A stretch of DNA of 23,460 nt, from NCBI GenBank assembly GCA_036479435.1, contig JAZGFI010000039.1:1-23460 (forward strand), written 5' to 3'. The DNA is from Planctomycetota bacterium. Lineage in GTDB: Bacteria > Planctomycetota > GCA-002687715 > DRQF01. How positions within the stretch are numbered: position 1 is the first letter of the stretch; every line of letters starts with the position of its first letter. Positions 16,462 to 23,460 of this stretch are shown piece after piece. Under the pieces are notes generated by a model that saw only the letters and a list, made by a program, of their open reading frames with translations, was not told the DNA's origin and did no database searches. Position numbers and translations under genes: made by a program.

Positions 16462-18699
16462 ATGAACATGCAGTTGTCGGTGTTCAAGATGGCGTTGATC
16501 GCCCTGATCTCCCTGTGGCTTAGCGTCCTGAGTATTGGGCAGGGCGAATCGCGTCTTGCTCCCGGCGAACTCATCTTGGGTCCAAGCCCCGAGTCGAGGG
16601 CCGATTCGATGGACGCCCAATTGCAACAACTTGGCTTGCGCGTTGTCAAAAGGGATGCCATCACCGGAGTTTATCGTCTAGCCGTTACTGAAGGTCAAGA
16701 GCAAGCGTGGATCGCGCGCCTCCGCAATCTGGATGGCGTGGCCTATGTCGAACGAAACAGCATCGGCGGCGTGGCGTCGAGCTTTTTGCCGGATGACACT
16801 TACTTTGCCCAGCAATGGCATCTTGAGAACACGGGGCAAGTGCCGGGAACTGTCGGCGCCGATATCAACATTCGAAGGGTTTGGGATGTCACGCGCGGCT
16901 CTTCTTCCATCGGCGTCGCGATCTTGGACACCGGCCTTGATCTCGACCACCCTGAGTTTGCGGGGCGAATCGATCCGGACGGGCAGGACTTTGTCAACGG
17001 CGATCTTGATCCCGAGGCGACGCACCCGCACGGTACTTGGGTGGCGGGATGCATTGCCGCCAATGGCGACAATACTTTTGGCGTGACCGGTGTGGATCAC
17101 CAATGTCGGATCTTGCCATTGCAGGTTATTGGCTCGACTGGCAGCGGCACCGCCTTCGATTTGGCCCAAGGACTGAATTACGCCGCTGCTCAGGCCGACA
17201 TTCAGATCATCTGCATGAGTCTCCAAAACTACTTGGCGGACACCGTCTTGCTGAACGCGCTGGCGAATGCCAGCCAAGCGGGAAAGATCTTGGTGACCTG
17301 CGCAAGCAATCTCGGCGCGGGGGCTGCGGACTTGACCTACCCCGCGGCTTCTCCGTTGACGATAACCGTCGGCAACACGACAGCTTTTGACCAGCTCAAC
17401 TCCACGTCCGGTACCGGCAATGCCGTTGACTTCGTGGCCCCCGGAACTTCCATCGTCACCGCGCAACACGGCTCTCAAACCGATTCCTTCGACGTCGTCA
17501 CCGGGTGTTCCTTTGCGACTCCGCTCGTATCTGGCCTGATTAGTCTCATCTTGGCACGTTGCGAGCAACTTGGATTGCCCGCGCCCAATCAAGATGCTGT
17601 TTACGAATACCTCCGCCTTGGCGCGGTGGATCAAGTGGGAATCGTGGCGGTTGATACGCCCGGCTACGACACGAGTTTCGGGCACGGGCGAATCGACGCC
17701 GCAGCGACTTTCGACAATATCGACCTTCTTGGCGATTGTGCCGCTGGCAACATCGATCTCGCCTTTGGCGGGCCCCTGGATATTTTTCGAGTTAACGGCT
17801 CAAGCGGCACGGGAACCCAGCGGCATGTTGTCGTCGGTATCCAGCAGCCTTTCACCTTTGAACTGGATGTGCCGCTTTCGAATCCGCTCGGGCAGGGTGC
17901 GAACGCCGACTTCATTGTGTGGGGCGCTTTTGGCGAACCCGGTACGCACGCAACTTTTGAACTCCCCTTCGGGATCGGCACCTTTTGTTTTCCGCCCTCG
18001 GACCTATCCGCTTTACCCGATCTGTTCACCCTTGCAAACAGCTTTGGCGGCGGCCAGCCCGCCGTTCTTCCGGCATTGGCCGCCCCGTGGGTGGCGTCGA
18101 CCGCGGGTCTGCCGTTCCCAGCCGTGGCAACCTTACAGGGCATCATCATCGACAGTCCCCAGTTTCATGTCGGTCGTACCAATGCCATTGTGCTTGAGGT
18201 CAGGCTCCTCGAAGCACCCGTGATCAGCTCGGTTGAGACGCCTACTGGCATTGCCGGATCTGCACTGACGATTCAGGGCACAGGTTTTCAGACTGGCGTC
18301 GTTGCCACTCGTAACGGTGTGCCGCTGGGGCTTACCAGCGTCTCCTCGACGGTGCTGATTTTCTCGGAGCCCGCGGGCTTTGCGTGTGACGAGTTAATCG
18401 AGCTCACCAATGTCGACGGGCAAATGGCGACCGTCGTTTTTGCTCCGAGCCCTAGCATCGACTCTATTGCGACCCCGGACGGGACCAGCGTCAGCGGCGG
18501 CAAAGTTATTTCAATCAGTGGTCAGAATTTTGGCGGAAACGCGGTCGTGATGGTGGGAGGCAACTCGGCGATCATCGTGGCGCAAAGTGACAGCTTGGTT
18601 GTCGCCCTTAGCCCTCCGGGATCCGTTGGCACCACGACTTTGTTGCTTGCGACCGATTATGGCTGCGCGGCGAGCACTCCCTACACCTACACGCCTTAG
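16462..18699 (+). CDS. Secreted S8 (subtilisin-like) serine peptidase with propeptide, an uncharacterised middle domain and two C-terminal IPT/TIG-like domains
   Basis: Signal peptide; triad ILDTG (D 16927), HPHGTWVAG (H 17029), GCSFATP (S 17509); FGHGRIDA; C-terminal PVISSV...LTIQGTGF and PSIDSI...GGKVISISGQNF repeats. SD GGGAG lies before ATG 16462. Confidence 0.9.
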   Translation: MNMQLSVFKMALIALISLWLSVLSIGQGESRLAPGELILGPSPESRADSMDAQLQQLGLRVVKRDAITGVYRLAVTEGQEQAWIARLRNLDGVAYVERNSIGGVASSFLPDDTYFAQQWHLENTGQVPGTVGADINIRRVWDVTRGSSSIGVAILDTGLDLDHPEFAGRIDPDGQDFVNGDLDPEATHPHGTWVAGCIAANGDNTFGVTGVDHQCRILPLQVIGSTGSGTAFDLAQGLNYAAAQADIQIICMSLQNYLADTVLLNALANASQAGKILVTCASNLGAGAADLTYPAASPLTITVGNTTAFDQLNSTSGTGNAVDFVAPGTSIVTAQHGSQTDSFDVVTGCSFATPLVSGLISLILARCEQLGLPAPNQDAVYEYLRLGAVDQVGIVAVDTPGYDTSFGHGRIDAAATFDNIDLLGDCAAGNIDLAFGGPLDIFRVNGSSGTGTQRHVVVGIQQPFTFELDVPLSNPLGQGANADFIVWGAFGEPGTHATFELPFGIGTFCFPPSDLSALPDLFTLANSFGGGQPAVLPALAAPWVASTAGLPFPAVATLQGIIIDSPQFHVGRTNAIVLEVRLLEAPVISSVETPTGIAGSALTIQGTGFQTGVVATRNGVPLGLTSVSSTVLIFSEPAGFACDELIELTNVDGQMATVVFAPSPSIDSIATPDGTSVSGGKVISISGQNFGGNAVVMVGGNSAIIVAQSDSLVVALSPPGSVGTTTLLLATDYGCAASTPYTYTP

Positions 18700-19037
18700 C
18701 TCCATCCGTGGTAGATGGGTAACGAAAGTGGAGAATCGGAAACGACCGGGGGGCGACCGTCTTCTTTTGGCTGAGGTCGTCTGCTTGCCTGATCGACACC
18801 AATAGGCGCATTCAATAGCGATTCCAACCTACTTGCCCGGTTGTCTTGAGACCTTGTTTCCAAAGGGCACACGAATTGCTTCCATGTCGCCCAGCCCAAC
18901 GCGGCAGCGCGCGCTTCGTCGCGAGTCGCCTGGACATGCTCTGGAGCTTACCGGCCACCGGAAAGCTTGGGGCATGCCCTCACCCAACACTTGAACTCCA
19001 TAAATCTCGATCCCATGGAATTCAGGAGGCGACCCTC

Positions 19038-20471
19038 ATGTTGCTGACACGGGCGTTTATTCTTCAGGCAATCATCACCCTCACGCTGATCTCGGCCATT
19101 AGTTTTGGCCAACAGCAACCCCGCTACGCGGACGGCGAAGTTGTTCTTCTCGTTAAGGAACCCTCGATTCGCATGGAATCGAGACTCGCGGAGCTCGGCT
19201 TGCAGGTCATGGCCAGGGATCGCATCTCGGGGTCCTACCGAATCGCCGTTCCGAGTGGCGAAGAGTCGTCGTGGATCTCTGAGCTTAGTCAGCTTGGCGG
19301 GGTCCGAGCGGTCGAGCTCAACGCCCTGGGAAGCGCGGCCAGCAGCTTTCCGCCGAACGATACTCACTATCCTTTGCAGTGGCATCTCGACAACACCGGA
19401 CAGGTGCCGGGTACCCCAGGCGCTGATATCAACATCGCTCCGGCTTGGGCCGCGACCTGTGGTTCGAGCACCATCGGTATTGCCGTCATCGATTCGGGAA
19501 TCGACAGCGATCACCCGGAGTTTGCCGGGCGCATTGACCCCAACGGATTCGACTACGTCAACAACGATTCGGACCCAGAAGCCGTCGATCCCCACGGCAC
19601 CTGGATTGCGAGTTGCATGGCGGCGAACGGTGACAACGCCTTCGGAATCAGTGGTGTCGATCGTCAATGCCGTATTCTTCCGCTGCAGGTCCTCGACTCC
19701 GCCGGAAATGGCAACTCGTTCAATCTTTCCCAAGCCCTCATCTTTGCCGCATCCCAGCCGGACATTCACATCATCTGCATGGCCCTCCAGGGCTTTCCGC
19801 CGACTGCCGCGCTGCTAAATGCCCTGAGTTTCGCTTCTCAATCCGGAAAGATCCTCATTTCCTCCACCAGTAACTTTGGTTCCGGTTCGGCCGACACGAG
19901 CTACCCGGGCGCCTCACCTCTGACGATTTCGATTGGATTCACGGATGCCTCGGACCAGCTTCACCCGACGTCGGGAACAGGGACCCGAGTGGACTTTGTG
20001 GCGCCAGGCGTTGATATCGTGGTCGCTCGGCACAATTCAATGGCAGATCTGTTCACGGTTGGCGTCGGGAGTTCCTTCGCAACGGCGATGGTCTCGGGCA
20101 TTGTCGGGCTGATCTTCGCCAAGTTTGAAGCTCAAGGGCAGGCTCTTCCGACTCAAGACGAAGTCTATGCTCTCTTGCAGCTCGGCGCTGAGGATCAGGT
20201 CGGGTCGGCCTTGTTGGACCCACCGGGCTACGACAGCAACTTTGGCCACGGTCGTATCAACGCCGGCGCGATCTTCGAACGTGCCCTTATCCTCGATGAC
20301 TGCTCGAGCGGAAACATCGACGTCGGTCCCAATGGCCCGCGGGACATCTTCAAGATCAACGGGAAAAGCCGCACCGGGCTACTCCGTCGCGTTGTCGTCG
20401 GCATTAACCAAGCCCTGACTTTCGAGGTCGATGTTCCGAGCTCAAAATTCGCCAAGGGGACGCCTTCGTAG
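19038..20471 (+). CDS. Second S8 serine peptidase, tandem paralogue, 3'-truncated
   Basis: SD AGGAGG and ATG 19038; triad VIDSG, DPHGTWIAS, GSSFATA. Colinear with the first S8 up to DVPSS (~20444), then 8 unrelated residues and a stop. Confidence 0.85.
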   Translation: MLLTRAFILQAIITLTLISAISFGQQQPRYADGEVVLLVKEPSIRMESRLAELGLQVMARDRISGSYRIAVPSGEESSWISELSQLGGVRAVELNALGSAASSFPPNDTHYPLQWHLDNTGQVPGTPGADINIAPAWAATCGSSTIGIAVIDSGIDSDHPEFAGRIDPNGFDYVNNDSDPEAVDPHGTWIASCMAANGDNAFGISGVDRQCRILPLQVLDSAGNGNSFNLSQALIFAASQPDIHIICMALQGFPPTAALLNALSFASQSGKILISSTSNFGSGSADTSYPGASPLTISIGFTDASDQLHPTSGTGTRVDFVAPGVDIVVARHNSMADLFTVGVGSSFATAMVSGIVGLIFAKFEAQGQALPTQDEVYALLQLGAEDQVGSALLDPPGYDSNFGHGRINAGAIFERALILDDCSSGNIDVGPNGPRDIFKINGKSRTGLLRRVVVGINQALTFEVDVPSSKFAKGTPS

Positions 20472-21124
20472 AACATGGGATGGGTGAAATGATCCGGGTG
20501 GACGTGGCTCACGGCGATCACGCTGGTGCCGTGGTCGATGCCGAAGTTGTTGAGCGCAACGAAAGAATCGATGTGTTGCCGTGCGATGTTGGACGGATAA
20601 AACCCAAGCGCTACCTCGACGAGCATGTAGATGTCAATCGGATCGACGAACACCACGCTGATGAAGGGGCGGGGAGAAAGGCCCGGCCGCGGCGTCCACA
20701 TAGGGCCGACGTGGAAAAAGATGTCGAAGTTGTTGTAGATGCGAATGCGCCCCAGAGTACCGACGTCGTAGCCGCCGGTTCCGTTGACTGTATCGGCGAG
20801 ATTCGCCAGCACTTCTTGCAGGCTATCTTCGGTGGCGTGCACGGTGTAGAAGCTTTGCCCGGTCGCTAATGCGTCACACTCAAGCTGATAGCCCGGAGTG
20901 CTGGGGTAGGGATAAAAGAGCCCTTCGGTCACAAAAGTGCGACCTTCCTCCCAATCGGGGTAGTCGCGGAGCAAGAGCAAGTAGCTCGTGATGGACCAGT
21001 ATTGCGAGTAGTTGATGGGTGCGTTGTGGGGAACGTGCGCGGGCGTGAAATCCCAATTTTGCGCGCGGACTGAAGAAAGCAAGATCAGCAAAAACAAGAA
21101 AAAGGACACCGACGTCAAACGCAT
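20228..21124 (-). CDS. Secreted protein with a metallo-beta-lactamase-type HxHxDH motif, apparently 3'-truncated at ~20445 (the remainder is antisense to the S8 gene)
   Basis: Signal peptide MRLTSVSFFLFLLILLSSVRA|Q; SD GGGAG; VIAVSHVHPDHF at 20489-20506. The last ~72 codons overlap the S8 coding strand. Confidence 0.65.
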   Translation of the reverse strand: MRLTSVSFFLFLLILLSSVRAQNWDFTPAHVPHNAPINYSQYWSITSYLLLLRDYPDWEEGRTFVTEGLFYPYPSTPGYQLECDALATGQSFYTVHATEDSLQEVLANLADTVNGTGGYDVGTLGRIRIYNNFDIFFHVGPMWTPRPGLSPRPFISVVFVDPIDIYMLVEVALGFYPSNIARQHIDSFVALNNFGIDHGTSVIAVSHVHPDHFTHPMFYEGVPLANFELGTSTSKVRAWLMPTTTRRSSPVRLFPLILKMSRGPLGPTSMFPLEQSSRIRARSKIAPALIRPWPKLLS

Positions 21125-21197
21125 GCTGTGAACTCCCGAGGGTCAAAGGACATGGCGGCGGCGACCCCGAACTTCGTACGAGGCGAATACGCGTGCA

Positions 21198-21217
21198 GCA
21201 TGGCCGCGCGGCCATGC
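21198..21217. repeat. Perfect 20-bp palindrome GCATGGCCGCGCGGCCATGC (hairpin or operator)
   Basis: Self-reverse-complementary. Lies 15 nt downstream of the hemF stop and has no U-tract. Confidence 0.6.
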
Positions 21218-21232
21218 GATGTAAAGCTCAAT

Positions 21233-22150
21233 TCACATCGACCCGACCCAATCACGCGGTTCGCGAAGTACCTCGACGAGCCGCCCTGCGGGGCTATCTG
21301 CTGCTACTTGGTGATCGTATTCCCAACGAGCCGTCAAGGGTAAGCTCATCAAGATGCTCTCAGTGCGGCCCTTCGTGCGGAGGCCGAAACTCGTGCCGCG
21401 GTCGTAAACTAAATTGAACTCGACGTAACGGCCCCGGCGAAGCAACTGCCATTCGCGTTCTTCCTCGTTGAATGGCTTATCTTTTTGGCGCTCGTATATC
21501 GGCATGACGCTAGGCATGATCGTAGCTGAACAGTCCGCGACGAAGGAGTAAAGGTCGTCCGCTGAACGGTCGGCGAGGTTGTCGAAGAAGATGCCACCGA
21601 CACCGCGGGCTTCTTCGCGATGAGGGATGTGAAAATAGCGATCGCACCAAGCCTTGTACTTGGGATAGAACTCAAGATCGTGCGCATCGCAAACGGACTT
21701 TAGTTTGCCGTGGAATTCGCGAACGTCCTTTTCGACCAAGAAGTTTGGCGTGAGGTCGGTTCCGCCCCCGAACCACCAGACTTTGTCACCCTCGGCCCGC
21801 TCCACTTCGAAGTAGCGATAGTTGGCATGGATCGTCGGAGCGTGTGGATTGTGCGGATGCAAAACCAAGGAGATGCCGGTGGCGAAGAACTCGGCCCCGT
21901 CACCTCCCAAGTCGACCCCTCGACCCTGTGCCGACTCCAAGACCTCTTTGGGCATGGGGCCAAAAACCGCTGAAACGTTGACCCCGGCTTTTTCAAAGAA
22001 TCCGCCTTCTTGAATCACGCGGGTCCGGCCACCGCCGCCTTCGTCGCGCGTCCACAAGTCCTCACGAAAGGTGTTGCCATCGAGAGCTTCAAGCTCAGCA
22101 CAAATCTCGTCTTGGCGCGCTCGAAAAAGCGCTTCGGCTTTGTTTCGCAT
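21233..22150 (-). CDS. hemF: Oxygen-dependent coproporphyrinogen III oxidase
   Basis: GGGGRTRVI, FEKAGVNVSAV, HPHNPHAPTIHANYRYF, WWFGGGTDLTP, RGVGGIFFD, RRGRYVEFNLVYDRGTSFGL, RTESILMSLP. Confidence 0.97.
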   Translation of the reverse strand: MRNKAEALFRARQDEICAELEALDGNTFREDLWTRDEGGGGRTRVIQEGGFFEKAGVNVSAVFGPMPKEVLESAQGRGVDLGGDGAEFFATGISLVLHPHNPHAPTIHANYRYFEVERAEGDKVWWFGGGTDLTPNFLVEKDVREFHGKLKSVCDAHDLEFYPKYKAWCDRYFHIPHREEARGVGGIFFDNLADRSADDLYSFVADCSATIMPSVMPIYERQKDKPFNEEEREWQLLRRGRYVEFNLVYDRGTSFGLRTKGRTESILMSLPLTARWEYDHQVAADSPAGRLVEVLREPRDWVGSM

Positions 22151-22212
22151 GGCCAAAGTGTATCAAGCCGTGCCTTCGGTGCCCTGTCGGCGGTCTGGGA
22201 TAATTTCTGTGC

Positions 22213-23337
22213 ATGGTGAAACGCCTCAACGACGCCTTGACTGCCTTAGAGCAGATTGCGCCTCTTCGCTTTGCGGAGAGCTGGGACAAAGTCGGATTGC
22301 TCATCGACAAGGGCAAGCGCGGGCCGCTGCGCTGTGTTTTTCTGTGTATTGATTTGACGGAGCCCGTCCTCGAGGAGGCGAAGTCGGCAAAGGCGCAACT
22401 CATCGTCGCCTATCATCCCCCGATCTTCGAAGCTCTCGGGCGGCTCACTCGATCGACACCGAATGAACGCATCGCCGCCGATGCTTTGGCGGCCGGCATC
22501 GCGGTCTATTCGCCCCACACGGCTCTCGATGCGGCGCCCGGCGGAGTTAACGACTGGCTGGCCGCAGCTTTTGAGGCTCGCGAAGTCCGCCCGCTTCAAA
22601 CCAAAAGCGAACTCGCCTCGGGGCAAGACGCGAAGGTCGTCGTCTTCGTTCCTGATTCCGCGGCGCCGGCGATTCGAAAGGCTCTAAGCGATTGTGGGGC
22701 GGGGCGGATTGGAGCTTATGAGTCCTGCAGCTTCTCCACGCCGGGTCGGGGGAGTTTTCGGGGGCTTAAGGACAGTCGGCCCACCATTGGCAAGAAGGGA
22801 CGTTTGGAAGAGGTCGATGAGCTTCGTCTTGAAATGGTTTGCTCGCTTGCCGATCTGCCCAAGATTCAAGAGGCCATCAAGGGCGCGCATCCCTACGAAG
22901 AACCGGCCTGGGAGGTATACCCCTTGGCGGCGCGTCCCCTTGCCGATACCGGAATGGGACGCTTCGTTGAGTTGTCACAACCCGCTACTCTCGACGTCTT
23001 GGTGAAAAGAGTCAAAAAGCACCTCGGCCTTAAGCGCCTACGGCTTGCTGCCTCGCCAGCTCACCGCGACGGCGAACTCATCCGAAGCGTCGCCCTTTGT
23101 GCCGGAGCTGGAGGAAGCGTTCTTGCAAATTGTGCTGCGGATCTTTACCTCAGCGGCGAGATGCGACACCACGATGCTTTGGCTGCCCTTGCCGCGGGGC
23201 GATCGGTCTTGCTTGGAGAGCACAGCAACACCGAACGCGGCTACTTGCCACATCTCAAAAAGGCGATGGCGAAGGAACTCAAGGGTGTTGCGATCGAGAT
23301 CTCAAAGTTGGATCGCGACCCCTTTGAGATCATCTAG
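22213..23337 (+). CDS. Nif3-like dinuclear metal centre hexameric protein (DUF34, YqfO type with PII-like insert)
   Basis: AESWDKVGL, AYHPPIF, YSPHTALDAAPGGVNDWL, insert KVVVFVP...GAGRIGAYESCSF...AHPYEEPA, VALCAGAG, GEMRHH, HSNTERGYL. Confidence 0.95.
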   Translation: MVKRLNDALTALEQIAPLRFAESWDKVGLLIDKGKRGPLRCVFLCIDLTEPVLEEAKSAKAQLIVAYHPPIFEALGRLTRSTPNERIAADALAAGIAVYSPHTALDAAPGGVNDWLAAAFEAREVRPLQTKSELASGQDAKVVVFVPDSAAPAIRKALSDCGAGRIGAYESCSFSTPGRGSFRGLKDSRPTIGKKGRLEEVDELRLEMVCSLADLPKIQEAIKGAHPYEEPAWEVYPLAARPLADTGMGRFVELSQPATLDVLVKRVKKHLGLKRLRLAASPAHRDGELIRSVALCAGAGGSVLANCAADLYLSGEMRHHDALAALAAGRSVLLGEHSNTERGYLPHLKKAMAKELKGVAIEISKLDRDPFEII

Positions 23338-23460
23338 TCCTCGAACAAGCGTGGATTGCGAAAGTGTAATCGTAAAAACACGAAGAAAGCCCTCTCCGTG
23401 CGCGTAGATGTTGATGTTCAAAGCCAACACAAAACGCACTGGGGAGGGCATTCAAGTGAA

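Noticed and set aside
16678..19818. Long alternative-frame ORFs over the S8 genes (16678-17685, 17570-18223, 18948-19769, 19105-19818)
   Set aside because: Shadow ORFs expected from GC-rich codon bias; low-complexity translations.
16462..20471. S8 paralogues as a DGR template/variable repeat pair or a shufflon
   Set aside because: Differences are spread over synonymous sites rather than adenine-specific, and there is no reverse transcriptase or recombinase in the window.
23338..23460. Possible gene end at the right edge
   Set aside because: No frame gives a recognisable product.

Overview
This is a GC-rich bacterial window. The secreted-protein C-terminal motifs suggest Planctomycetota, which is an inference. 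Left to right it holds: (1) a complete ISKra4-family IS (189-1797) with 23-bp imperfect TIRs and an 8-bp target-site duplication, inserted into what looks like a sigma70 promoter; (2) an ABC/AAA_21 ATPase + DUF4276 (TOPRIM-like) two-gene module, a candidate defence system, in which each gene carries exactly one in-frame stop; (3) housekeeping genes pepN, a YbfF/ABHD11-like hydrolase and a stand-alone aceE; (4) a minus-strand glycan locus (wzx-like flippase, GT2, wecE/rffA) interrupted by a secreted choice-of-anchor-L protein with its own terminator; (5) two tandem S8 subtilase paralogues with unusual active-site-flanking residues, the second cut off at about 20445 where it abuts a convergent, also truncated, secreted metallo-beta-lactamase-fold gene; (6) divergent hemF and Nif3/YqfO genes that appear leaderless. 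No rRNA, tRNA or CRISPR array was seen. All calls come from motif recognition by eye; no database search was run.
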